Shown one piece after another: positions 9,220-18,677 of a DNA stretch of 32,000 nucleotides (its first letter is position 1; each line of letters starts with the position of its first letter). Source of the stretch: Candidatus Saccharimonadota bacterium (GTDB lineage: Bacteria; Pseudomonadota; Alphaproteobacteria; Rickettsiales; Anaplasmataceae); contig NZ_CP046580.1 in assembly GCF_013365495.1 (NCBI RefSeq), forward strand, positions 270,001-302,000, given 5' to 3'. The notes beneath the pieces are model-generated. The model did no database searches. It had not been told where the DNA came from and saw only the letters and a list, made by a program, of their open reading frames with translations. The position numbers were made by a program, and so were the translations under genes.

Positions 9220-10011
9220 ATGGTCTATAAAATATTTGAGGGTTTTCATTTTTATTCTTACAAGGAAGTTTCTAGTACTAATAAAAAAGCATCAGATTTA
9301 ATTGATAAGGGGATATTAAATGAAACTATCATTATCGCCAATAAACAAACAAATGGTAGAGGGCGTGCTGGAAAAAGATGGCTCTCTCCAGAAGGTAATT
9401 TTTATGTCAGTTTAATCATAGATATTTCATATAATAGTACTCATATTATTCCTATGGCGAGTTCTGACGTTGAATATTTGGATAATAAAATGAATGTAAA
9501 TAAGTTAACGGAATTGACTTTTGTTACTACTCTTGCTGTTGGCAGTACATTGTTGTCAGTCATAGATAATGGTAGCATTCAATATAAATGGCCGAATGAT
9601 ATTTTAGTAGATGGTAGGAAAATAAGTGGAATATTGCTTGAAAAAAAATCTGATTCAAATTGGTTAATTATAGGGATTGGAATTAATACTGATCATGCAC
9701 CGTTTTCATGGGCAACATGTGTTAATAGTTATGGTAGGTCTTTATCTAATATGGATTTATTAAGAAAAATAATATTAAATTTTAATAAATTAAGAAGGCA
9801 ATGGATATTTAATGGGTTTTCTTTCATAAGAGAAATGTGGTTGAAAAAAGCGTTTAAAATGAATGAACAGATTAGTATAAAGTTAGCTGACAAGTTGCAT
9901 GAAGGAATTTTTGTTGATATAGATAAAGGTGGTAAATTGGTGCTTCAGCAAAAAAAAGGAAGCTTAATTTATTTTGATGCAGGCGAGTTATTTGTTAATA
10001 ATGTGTTATGA
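9220..10011 (+). CDS. birA: Biotin--[acetyl-CoA-carboxylase] ligase (group I, no N-terminal HTH domain)
   Basis: 263 aa. Contains the biotin-ligase GRGRAGKRW motif, KWPNDILVDGRKISGIL and GIGIN. Starts 1 nt after the nuoN stop. Confidence 0.85.
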   Translation: MVYKIFEGFHFYSYKEVSSTNKKASDLIDKGILNETIIIANKQTNGRGRAGKRWLSPEGNFYVSLIIDISYNSTHIIPMASSDVEYLDNKMNVNKLTELTFVTTLAVGSTLLSVIDNGSIQYKWPNDILVDGRKISGILLEKKSDSNWLIIGIGINTDHAPFSWATCVNSYGRSLSNMDLLRKIILNFNKLRRQWIFNGFSFIREMWLKKAFKMNEQISIKLADKLHEGIFVDIDKGGKLVLQQKKGSLIYFDAGELFVNNVL

Positions 10012-10013
10012 GT

Positions 10014-10136
10014 ATGTATGTGGTTTTTGCTTATCTTATTAGTTTTATGTTAATTATTGGAAAACTAGTTTTTACTATTTTTTGCTACGTTAAGAGTAAA
10101 GAAACTTTGGAGGATCTTAGAAAGAAGAATGAGTAA
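10014..10136 (+). CDS. Small single-pass membrane protein, CcmD-like (heme exporter protein D candidate)
   Basis: Below the track cutoff, so not listed there. The ATG at 10014 lies 2 nt after the birA TGA. The 40 codons give MYVVFAYLISFMLIIGKLVFTIFCYVKSKETLEDLRKKNE, with TAA at 10134-10136 overlapping the ccmE ATG (10129) in AATGAGTAA. It has an N-terminal hydrophobic helix and a charged tail. YVVFAY resembles the (Y/F)VWxAY core of CcmD. The position immediately 5' of ccmE is the canonical ccmD position. Confidence 0.5.
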   Translation: MYVVFAYLISFMLIIGKLVFTIFCYVKSKETLEDLRKKNE

Positions 10137-10515
10137 GAAATATAAACGGTTATTAATGATTTCAAGTTTTTTGTGTGTTTTGAATTGTGTGGTTTTTTTT
10201 ATTCTAATGGCACTCAAAGAAAATATCTCATTTTTTTACACGGTAAGTGAAGCGGTAGTTTTGCCAAATAATCAAAAGTTAATTCGTATTGGTGGAATGG
10301 TTGTTGAGGATAGTGTAATATATAATGAAGATGAAGTGGTTTTTCAAGTAACAGATTTTAATAAAAGTGTTGTAATAAAATATCAAGGAGTACTTCCGCC
10401 AATGTTTTCAGAAAAAAGTGGTGTTGTTGTTCAAGGTAAGATGTTTGATAATGAAACTTTTTTAGCAGATATGGTATTTGCAAAGCATGATGAGAATTAT
10501 ATGCCTAGGAAGTAA
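10129..10515 (+). CDS. ccmE: Cytochrome c-type biogenesis heme chaperone CcmE
   Basis: 128 aa with an N-terminal membrane anchor and an OB-fold-like body. The heme-binding motif FAKHDENYMP is near the C-terminus. Confidence 0.9.
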   Translation: MSKKYKRLLMISSFLCVLNCVVFFILMALKENISFFYTVSEAVVLPNNQKLIRIGGMVVEDSVIYNEDEVVFQVTDFNKSVVIKYQGVLPPMFSEKSGVVVQGKMFDNETFLADMVFAKHDENYMPRK

Positions 10516-12226
10516 GTGATAAAGTAGAGAATTTTTTTATTTTAAAATGTAGTAGATAAATCTTTTTTACATATTAATCTTAGTACTTTTTATTCCTTGG
10601 GCAGTTTAACGAAGTGATATTTTTTATAGTATAGCTATTTATTTTATCAGTACTTTGATGTAATATGAATGTTATACATGCTCTATTATAAAAATTGGAC
10701 CTTTTGCTAATTTATATATCTTACTTATTTTACTTAATATAAAATTGAATATAGCTCTAAAAATTTAGTTCATTTAATGATGTTTAATTTTTAAATTATG
10801 TATGATTACTCATCAATTTTACTTTTTTTTTCATTTTAATGTTTTTATTAAGGTATATCTATTGTAGTTTTCTGAATTTGATATTATTTAAATTTTTGTT
10901 TGTTAATTATTTTGCTTCTTTTTTTTATATTAAAAAGTTTTGATAGTTAAAGGTTATTTTTTTACTTACAATATAGAGTTAAGTAAAACAAGATTTTGAG
11001 TAAGATTCAAAATTTATTCTGCTTTTGCGTTTTATTTAGTAAATCTTAAGAGTATTATTAAGAGATCAATGGTTGTTTTATTGGTATAGATTTATTATTT
11101 TCTGGTTATCCATTATGATTAATGATTTTTACTAATTCTAAATTTAGACCTGTTAATATTATTTTTTATTAGAAATGGCTTAATTATTAAACAGAATAGA
11201 ATTATATATATCGAGAGCTGAGTAATTTCTCAATAGTTGATATATTATAGACATAGAGTAGTAGATAACGGTTTATTTTATAATAAAAGTGCTTATTTTT
11301 TATATTATTTTTATCAATATTAGTTATAGTAGCAATTTAAAGCGAAATTATTAATATTAAAAGTATAATTAATTGATAAGTTGGATAAATTGAAAACTGA
11401 GTTGTACATTATATTAATATAGCTGATTATGTTGAGATTAAGGTATATTTTTTAAATATTTTTATTAAATTTGTGTTTTGTAAATGTAGATAACATTTTA
11501 ATTAATACTAAAGTTCTTAGTAAAAAAAGTATTTTAAAGGGTATGATTTGAAAAGAAGAATACATTAATTTGTTTAGCAATGTACATTGTGTCAATTTTT
11601 TGTTGTAATTAGTAATTTAAATCATTTTTTAATTTATTAAATTAATTTAAATAATTTAGTTATTTAATAGATGATGACTATGATAGGTTAGTTTTTTTAT
11701 TCTGAATTGATTAATGACTCATTTATAATTGTTTTATAACTATTTATTATTTATTACAAAACTTTTTGTGACAATAATTGTAGAAAAAAGACTACTTTAT
11801 GATTTGCTTTGTGTAATTGTGAAAAAATAATATGTATGATATGAATAGTGGTATACAAAGTTAAAAAGACTGCAAAGGACATTATGTACTGCTATTATAA
11901 GGTATTTAAGAAGAAGGAATTGTTGTGAGGATAAGAGGGTAAGCGAGTGTTTATTAATTTGTATATTAGTATCATTCATGTTAAAGTGGTTATTTTATAC
12001 TGATCTAAAATGAAGTTAATTTTGCTAATTTTAGTTTAATCTTTATTAACTGATATATAGTGTAGTAAAAGTATATTTTAATTCAATAATATTTTTAAAA
12101 TGTTTTAGTTTTAAGCTTATAGAGATCGATTGTATACATTAAATCTTGGTTATTTTATTTACTGTTTACTTCTTGTGAAAAACGTGTTACTAGTAAATGA
12201 ATTTTTATAGTAAAATAGGGGTAAAA

Positions 12227-12409
12227 TTGGCAGTACCAAAGAAAAAAAAATCGAAATCAAAACGTAATATGCATCGTTCTCATCATGGCATTAAGCCTAA
12301 AAATATCATGATGTGTCCAATAACCGGAGAATTTATGTTACCTCATAATGTAGCAGTTGATGGTAGTTACAAAGGAAAACGGGTTTTTATTAAACAGCAG
12401 AAAGAATAG
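12227..12409 (+). CDS. rpmF: 50S ribosomal protein L32
   Basis: Track ORF 12197..12409. I prefer the TTG at 12227, which has AGGGG 5 nt upstream and gives the canonical L32 N-terminus (M)AVPKKKKSKSKRNMHRSH. It is followed by plsX-fabH, as in many bacteria. Confidence 0.85.
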   Translation: MAVPKKKKSKSKRNMHRSHHGIKPKNIMMCPITGEFMLPHNVAVDGSYKGKRVFIKQQKE

Positions 12410-12424
12410 TTATTATAATGTTCC

Positions 12425-13453
12425 ATGGTTCACAATAATATAGTTATTGCACTTGATGCTATGGGAGGTGATTTTGCACCTCTTTCAGTGATTCAAGGTG
12501 CTAGTTTTTTTTTAGATAATCTTGTTAATTCAGGTATTAAAGTTTTTTTTCATATTTATGGAGATCAAAATGAAGTCTCCCCTTTACTTTTAAAGTATAA
12601 AAAGGTAAGTAACAATTCTGAGTTAATTCATTGTTCTGACAGTGTTCTTGCAAATGATAAGCCGTCTTTTGCACTAAGGCATCGTAAAGATTCTAGCATG
12701 AAAGCAGCCATTGAGGCAGTAAGAAAAGGTAAGGCTTCTGGAGTAGTATCTTCAGGTAATACTGGTGCATTAATGGCAATTTCCAGATTTATTTTAGGAA
12801 TATTACCAAATATTTATCGTCCTGCTATTGTGTCTGTCTGTCCAACTAAGACGAAAAGCTTTGTATTACTTGATCTTGGTGCAAATGTTGATTGTAATGC
12901 TGATTCATTATTTCAGTTTGCCCTAATGGGAAGTATATTTGCAAGAATAGCATTGAAGGTTGATAATCCTGAAGTTGCTTTATTGAATATTGGTACAGAA
13001 GAAATTAAAGGTACTGATTCAGTACGAGGAGCTTTTGAATTGCTTAAAAATGCTCCAAGCATTAATTTTAAGGGATATATAGAAGCAAGTGAATTTTTAG
13101 AAGGTAGTATTGATGTGATTGTTACTGATGGTTTTGTTGGTAATGTAATGCTTAAAACTGCTGAGGCAACAGCTAGTACTTTTATTGGTTTGATAAAACA
13201 GGAGGTATTCGGCTCATGGATAGCTAAAGTAGTTGTAGGTATATTGTTAAGGTCTAAACTTAGTAAAGCACTCACACGTTTTGATCCTCAAGTTAGGAGT
13301 GGAGCTATGTTTTTAGGATTAAATGGTATAGTTATTAAAAGTCATGGAAATTCTAATGCTGTCTCTTTTGCCCATGCTATAAAATTTGCAGTGAGTGCTG
13401 TTAGTGAAAATTTAAATCAGAAGATAGTCAGTGAGGTTAGTCATATTGAATAA
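12425..13453 (+). CDS. plsX: Phosphate acyltransferase PlsX
   Basis: 342 aa. Motifs IALDAMGGDFAP, SSGNTGALMA and DGFVGNVMLKT. Confidence 0.95.
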   Translation: MVHNNIVIALDAMGGDFAPLSVIQGASFFLDNLVNSGIKVFFHIYGDQNEVSPLLLKYKKVSNNSELIHCSDSVLANDKPSFALRHRKDSSMKAAIEAVRKGKASGVVSSGNTGALMAISRFILGILPNIYRPAIVSVCPTKTKSFVLLDLGANVDCNADSLFQFALMGSIFARIALKVDNPEVALLNIGTEEIKGTDSVRGAFELLKNAPSINFKGYIEASEFLEGSIDVIVTDGFVGNVMLKTAEATASTFIGLIKQEVFGSWIAKVVVGILLRSKLSKALTRFDPQVRSGAMFLGLNGIVIKSHGNSNAVSFAHAIKFAVSAVSENLNQKIVSEVSHIE

Positions 13454-14423
13454 AAGTTTTATATTGAGTACTGGATCTTATTTACCAAAAAAAACATTAA
13501 GTAATGATGAAGTTTCATCAATAGTTAAGACAAGTGATGAGTGGATTAGACAGAGAACAGGAATAACTCAAAGGCATATAGCAGATAAAAAGGAATTAAC
13601 GTCAGATTTGGCTGTAAATGCAGCGAAGCATGCCATAAAAAAAGCTCAAATTTCTGTGAATGAAATTAATCTCATTATAGTAGCAACAACAACGCCTGAT
13701 AAGACTTTTCCTAGTTGTGCAACTATTGTGCAGGGCAGGCTAAAATGTAAAAATGCTTTTGCTTTTGATGTGCAGGCTGCATGTTCTGGTTTTATATATG
13801 CAATTACGATTGCTGACTCACTTATTAAAACTAATAGTAGCATTAAGTATGCACTAATTATAGGTGCTGAAATAATGTCTAGAATTATTGATTGGAGAGA
13901 TAGATCAACTTGTGTGCTATTTGGGGATGGTGCTGGTGCAATAGTGATAAAGTCTGCAGTACATAGTGGGAGGATGGGAGAATTTACAAGTGGCATAGTA
14001 TCAACTAATTTATATTCTGATGGTAATATAGGTGTGTTGTATACAAATGGGGGAATATCTTCAACTGGTAATTCTGGAAAAATATGCATGAACGGGAGGA
14101 AAATGTTTGAACATGCAGTGGAAAAATTAACAGCTTCAGTAAAGGAAGCACTAAGGTTTAATAATTTAAAGATTACTGATATTGACTGGTTAACTCCTCA
14201 CCAAGCTAATATCCGTATCGTTGAAGCAGTAGTAAAAAAATTAAATTTATCTATAGAAAAAGTAGTCAACACAGTTGGTCAACATGCAAATACCTCAGCG
14301 GCGTCAATTCCACTAGCACTTGATTATGCAATACGAAAAGCGAAAATAAAGCCAGGAAGTCTAGGATTGTTGATTGCAATAGGTGCAGGCCTGACTTGGG
14401 GTACTGTGCTGCTACGCTATTAA
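13431..14423 (+). CDS. fabH: 3-oxoacyl-ACP synthase III (FabH)
   Basis: 330 aa. Catalytic Cys in AACSGF, His in PHQANIRI and Asn in HANTSAASIP. The exact start is uncertain: GTG 13431 overlaps plsX, and TTG 13446 is an alternative. Confidence 0.9.
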   Translation: MRLVILNKSFILSTGSYLPKKTLSNDEVSSIVKTSDEWIRQRTGITQRHIADKKELTSDLAVNAAKHAIKKAQISVNEINLIIVATTTPDKTFPSCATIVQGRLKCKNAFAFDVQAACSGFIYAITIADSLIKTNSSIKYALIIGAEIMSRIIDWRDRSTCVLFGDGAGAIVIKSAVHSGRMGEFTSGIVSTNLYSDGNIGVLYTNGGISSTGNSGKICMNGRKMFEHAVEKLTASVKEALRFNNLKITDIDWLTPHQANIRIVEAVVKKLNLSIEKVVNTVGQHANTSAASIPLALDYAIRKAKIKPGSLGLLIAIGAGLTWGTVLLRY

Positions 14424-14435
14424 TAGCTCACTTTA

Positions 14436-14804
14436 CTATTTATTGTTTTCAATTTTTTCTATTAATTTTCTAACTAGTCCTCTTAGTTTTTTACTATATT
14501 GATCAAGTTCTTGGATTTGAGAACCCTCTTTTTTCATGAGCTCTTTATAGTTACTTTTTATGTAGTCGATCATTTCTTTCATTTGAGCAATTACTTTGTT
14601 AATGTCCATACTACTCAAATTTGATACTATATCAGTCATAGAACCATTTAACATAGTTCCAGCCATGAGTTGTTGGGACATTTGCATAAATGGCTTTAAG
14701 GTTTGGTTAAGTAACTCAGGGTCTCTAGCTAATTTTTCTATTTGTTCTTTACAAGTATTCATGTACTGTTTCATAAATTCATCTTCTTGTACTTTATCTG
14801 TCAT
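14436..14804 (-). CDS. Hypothetical protein, 122 aa, predicted all-helical, Met/Gln-rich centre, no TM segment or signal peptide
   Basis: Clean ORF with a protein-like, non-low-complexity composition, for example KPFMQMSQQLMAGTMLNGSM followed by a K/E-rich heptad-like C-terminus. I recognise no family motif. Its stop lies only 12 nt from the fabH stop, and the two genes are convergent. Confidence 0.6.
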   Translation of the reverse strand: MTDKVQEDEFMKQYMNTCKEQIEKLARDPELLNQTLKPFMQMSQQLMAGTMLNGSMTDIVSNLSSMDINKVIAQMKEMIDYIKSNYKELMKKEGSQIQELDQYSKKLRGLVRKLIEKIENNK

Positions 14805-14924
14805 AATTTACCTACTGGAAATACTTATTTTCTATTATGTATTTTTTTTTAATTAAAAACAATATATAATGCCTGCTATCACTATAAATACTGATTTTAA
14901 TTAAGTAGAAAATATTTTTTTAGT

Positions 14925-16688
14925 TTATAAAAGGGCACATATTTTTTTCAACCATTTCTTATCTTTAATATTGTTTTTTAGGTTTTCATATACAAACTGA
15001 TGGTAATTATTTACCCACTTAATTTCATCTTTAGTAAGCATTTCTGTATTTATTAATTTTTTATCGTATGGAATAGAAGTTAATTGTTTGAAGTTTAAAA
15101 AACCATTTTCTTTCTTGTCAACATACATCAAATTTTCAATTCTTATTCCATACCTTCCTGGAATGTAATAACCTGGTTCGTTAGAAAGTATCATTCCTGG
15201 AATAAGCTTTATTTTATTTCCTTTTGATATTGATTGTGGTCCTTCATGCACTGATAAATAGCTTCCTACTCCATGTCCTGTGCTGTGTGTATAGTCTATT
15301 CCCAGTTTCCATAGATTAATGCGTGCTAATATATCTAGCTCTTCACCAGTAGTGCTGGAAGGGAAAACTGCGTTTGCTATAGCAATATGAGCTTTTAATA
15401 CTATTGTATAGTGAGTTATTTGCTCATTAGTTGGCTTGCCAATTGCTATAGTTCTTGTAACATCGGTTGTACCGTCAAGGTATTGGCCACCGGAATCAAT
15501 TAGGTATAGTCCGTTTTTCTGAATTACTTTATTTGTTTTGCTGCTTGAACGGTAATGAATTATTGCTCCATTTTCATTAAATGCAGAGATTGTTGGAAAG
15601 CTTGGTTGTTTAAATAAGGCTTGCTTTTTTCTATATTCTAAAAGTTTCTCTTCAGCATTAAGTTCGGTGATTTTATTGAATTTATTGTATAATAATTGTT
15701 TAAGTGATAAATTATCAGTGTTTATTACTTGGGTGTTATGTAGATATATAGAGGGTGGCTTATTAATATTGTTTTCAAGCCAATATAGAAAATTTGTTAC
15801 TGCTATTCCATCTCGAATGTGTGCATTTATAGTGCCAAGTATTTCAGTTTGATTTTTCACTGCTTTATGAATAAGACAAGGATCTTCTTTTTCAACTACC
15901 TGTTTGCTTTGTATTATAGTCATAATATTCATTGGAGTTGTGTTTGGATCTATCATTACTGAATTTAGTTTATCTAGTGAATTTTCTAATTTGTTAATAT
16001 CAAAAATCTTTATATGGTTATCTAAATTTTTTTGTATAGTCGAGTATTCTTTGTCTTGAATAAATAAATCAACATTGTTATTCTTATATAAGATAGCACA
16101 GCCTAGTATACATGGAGTATACTTAGCATTTTCATTTCTTAAATTTAATAACCATGAGATTGAATTTGGATTAGTTAGGAGTATGGCTTCAATTTTTTGA
16201 TTTGTTATACTTTTAGTTATTTTTTCACATTTATTCTTACTACTTTCACCGGAGTACTGAGTTGAGTATGAAACTATTATTTGTTTTTTATAATTGCTTT
16301 CTTTTTGAATTAAATAAGGTACTAATTTACAAATATTCTCATATTTTTTTATTTCTTTTACAGTAAAATGCTGTAAATAGTAACCTAATGAAGTAGTTGA
16401 TGTTAAGTTTGCTTTTATCCATTCTTGTGGCTTTTTTTCTTGTATGTTATATACCTCAAAAGTGTCTTGATCCAGCTGATTGTAAACTTGTGTGATATAA
16501 CGTCCATCTGTAAAAAATGGGCATTTATTGTTTTTTGTAATAATTAGTAGGCCATTTGTTCCTGTAAAGCCACATAACTCAGTTAGTTCATTTGGATATT
16601 CATTTTGATATTCATCTTTAGTATGTAACATAAATACATCTACATTTATTTTACGCATGAAAAAACGAAATTCTTTAATTTTTGACAT
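14925..16688 (-). CDS. pepP: Xaa-Pro aminopeptidase (aminopeptidase P, M24B)
   Basis: 587 aa. The C-terminal pita-bread domain carries the metal-ligand motifs LIDSGGQYLDGTTDVTRT, HSTGHGVGSYLSVHEGP, SNEPGYY and IRIEN. Confidence 0.9.
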   Translation of the reverse strand: MSKIKEFRFFMRKINVDVFMLHTKDEYQNEYPNELTELCGFTGTNGLLIITKNNKCPFFTDGRYITQVYNQLDQDTFEVYNIQEKKPQEWIKANLTSTTSLGYYLQHFTVKEIKKYENICKLVPYLIQKESNYKKQIIVSYSTQYSGESSKNKCEKITKSITNQKIEAILLTNPNSISWLLNLRNENAKYTPCILGCAILYKNNNVDLFIQDKEYSTIQKNLDNHIKIFDINKLENSLDKLNSVMIDPNTTPMNIMTIIQSKQVVEKEDPCLIHKAVKNQTEILGTINAHIRDGIAVTNFLYWLENNINKPPSIYLHNTQVINTDNLSLKQLLYNKFNKITELNAEEKLLEYRKKQALFKQPSFPTISAFNENGAIIHYRSSSKTNKVIQKNGLYLIDSGGQYLDGTTDVTRTIAIGKPTNEQITHYTIVLKAHIAIANAVFPSSTTGEELDILARINLWKLGIDYTHSTGHGVGSYLSVHEGPQSISKGNKIKLIPGMILSNEPGYYIPGRYGIRIENLMYVDKKENGFLNFKQLTSIPYDKKLINTEMLTKDEIKWVNNYHQFVYENLKNNIKDKKWLKKICALL

Positions 16689-16700
16689 ATGACTGACTCA

Positions 16701-18623
16701 TTAAAGTTGATTAGCTACTTTCATTTTCTTATTTTTTAAATATACCAATATATTAACTATTGCTGCTGGAGTGATACCTTGTATTTCTTTTGCAAGACCA
16801 ATTGTTATTGGTTTTATTGCCTGCAATTTTTCTATTATTTCATTTGATAGGCCTTGGATTTGTGAATAATTTAGGTCGATTGGAATTTTAGTATTTATTT
16901 CTTCTTGTAAAAATTTCATGTCTGCCTCTTGTCTTATTAGGTATGGTTTGTACTTTGCTTCAATTGCAACTGCCTCATGTATTTCTTTTTTGGTTATATC
17001 ATTTATTGTATTATCATTCCAGTACATGATATTATTTAACTCTGGCCATACTTTTTGTAATTTATCCCAGTTAATATTGGGATAACTAAGTAAATCTAGT
17101 GCTGTTTTTTTTATTCCATCATAGGATATTTTGATACCATAAAACTTAAGTTGCTCAGGAGTAATTATCAAATTTTCTAGACTTTTTTTGAGCTGCTTAA
17201 TAAATTGAAGTTTACTTTGTAAAACAGAGTATCTCTTGTGTGATATAAGGGAAATATCATAACCTTTTTGTGTTAATCTTCTATCTGCATTGTCTGATCT
17301 GATTGATAATCTGTATTCTGAACGTGAAGTGAATAGTCTATAAGGTTCTATTACCCCTTTAGTAACGAGATCATCTATCATTACACCAATGTACGAGTCT
17401 GTACGATGGAGAATAAAATTTTCTTTTTTTCCCCCTGCAGAAAGTGCTGCGTTAATTCCAGCAATAATTCCTTGTCCTGCTGCTTCTTCATATCCAGTTG
17501 TTCCATTAATTTGGCCAGCAAAATATAGCCCTTTAATTTTTTTGGTTTCAAGGGTATGAAATAATTCTCGTGGATCTATGTAATTATACTCGACTGTATA
17601 TCCAGGTCTTAATATCTTTGCGTTTTCAAGTCCTTTGATACTTTTTATCATTTCGTATTGTACTTCAATAGGTAATGAATTTGAAATACCGTTTGGATAT
17701 ATAGTATTATCATCAAGTCCTTCTGGTTCTAGAAATATTTGGTGACTATTTTTTTTTGCAAATTTTTTAACTTTTGTTTCGATTGATGGACAATATCTTG
17801 GTGCAACGATATCATTCAAATATGAAGAAGCTGATCTATGAAGATTTTCTTGAATTATTTTATGTGTATTTTGATTAGTATAAGTGATGAAACATGAAAT
17901 TTGAGGTTGCTTAGTTTTTTGTGTAAGATAAGAAAAAGGTGTAGGTGGGTTATCACCTATTTGTTCTTGTAGAGTTGAACAGTTTATAGTATTACGATCA
18001 AGTCTTGGTGGGGTTCCTGTACGTAACCTGCCTAATTTAAAATTATATTTTTTCAATGTGTTTGTGAGTTCTATTGCAGATTTATCTCCCATTCTTCCTG
18101 AAGAAATTGTTTGTTTACCTATATGAATTATGCCTTGTAGGAAAGTTCCTGTAGTTAAAATGACTTTACTTGTAAATATAGACTCTCCTGAGCTCGTTAC
18201 AACAGCTTTGATATATAGCTCTTTATTATTGTTCTTCTTTTCAATAAGAAAGTCGTCAACTGACTCTTCTTTTACTGTTAAATTATTATAACTTAAAATC
18301 ATTTCCTGTATTGCTCTTTTGTATAATTTTCGGTCTGCTTGCGCACGTGGTCCCCACACTGCAGCACCTTTGCTACCATTTAAAATAACTGAGTGTATGC
18401 TTGCTTGATCAATTGCTCTTCCCATTATTCCATCAAGGGCATCAATCTCTCTTACTACAATACCTTTTGCAATTCCACCGATTGCTGGATTACAAGACAT
18501 TTCTCCTATAGTTGAAATTTTATGAGTTATAAGTAGTGTATATGCACCAAGGCGAGCTGCAGCTGTAGCTGCTTCACATCCAGCGTGGCCACCACCTATT
18601 ACCACCACATCATACTTATACAT
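16701..18623 (-). CDS. mnmG: tRNA uridine 5-carboxymethylaminomethyl modification enzyme MnmG (GidA)
   Basis: 640 aa. N-terminal FAD motif [16 protein letters not shown], plus GPRYCPSIE-like APRYCPSIE and [16 protein letters not shown]. Confidence 0.95.
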   Translation of the reverse strand: MYKYDVVVIGGGHAGCEAATAAARLGAYTLLITHKISTIGEMSCNPAIGGIAKGIVVREIDALDGIMGRAIDQASIHSVILNGSKGAAVWGPRAQADRKLYKRAIQEMILSYNNLTVKEESVDDFLIEKKNNNKELYIKAVVTSSGESIFTSKVILTTGTFLQGIIHIGKQTISSGRMGDKSAIELTNTLKKYNFKLGRLRTGTPPRLDRNTINCSTLQEQIGDNPPTPFSYLTQKTKQPQISCFITYTNQNTHKIIQENLHRSASSYLNDIVAPRYCPSIETKVKKFAKKNSHQIFLEPEGLDDNTIYPNGISNSLPIEVQYEMIKSIKGLENAKILRPGYTVEYNYIDPRELFHTLETKKIKGLYFAGQINGTTGYEEAAGQGIIAGINAALSAGGKKENFILHRTDSYIGVMIDDLVTKGVIEPYRLFTSRSEYRLSIRSDNADRRLTQKGYDISLISHKRYSVLQSKLQFIKQLKKSLENLIITPEQLKFYGIKISYDGIKKTALDLLSYPNINWDKLQKVWPELNNIMYWNDNTINDITKKEIHEAVAIEAKYKPYLIRQEADMKFLQEEINTKIPIDLNYSQIQGLSNEIIEKLQAIKPITIGLAKEIQGITPAAIVNILVYLKNKKMKVANQL

Positions 18624-18648
18624 GTTTTTATTAGTTATTATTTTACTA

Positions 18649-18677
18649 ATATTCTAATTATCGAAGGTAAATGTCAA
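18649..18677 (-). promoter_or_regulatory. Candidate promoter of mnmG-pepP (TTGACA-N17-GAATAT, or N15-TAGAAT)
   Basis: The minus strand reads aatTTGACAtttaccttcgataattaGAATATtag. It has a perfect -35 hexamer. The -10 ends about 25 nt upstream of the mnmG ATG (18623). Confidence 0.4.

Noticed and set aside
11106-11114. DnaA-box-like TTATCCATT in the large spacer, raising the question of an origin of replication
   Set aside because: It is a single copy with 7 of 9 matches to TTATCCACA. There is no cluster of boxes, and no flanking dnaA, hemE or other origin-associated gene.
11797-11979. Track ORF of 60 aa on the minus strand in the 1.7-kb spacer
   Set aside because: Low-complexity sequence (YHYSYHTYYFF...) with no ribosome-binding site and no recognisable family.
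12913-14089. Antisense ORFs inside plsX (12913..13275) and fabH (13646..14089)
   Set aside because: These are shadow frames opposite strongly supported genes. The same reasoning applies to 14596..14856, 15667..15852, 19655..20050, 20402..20635, 21356..21574, 26474..26671, 28924..29214, 28962..29174, 29968..30231 and 30337..30525.
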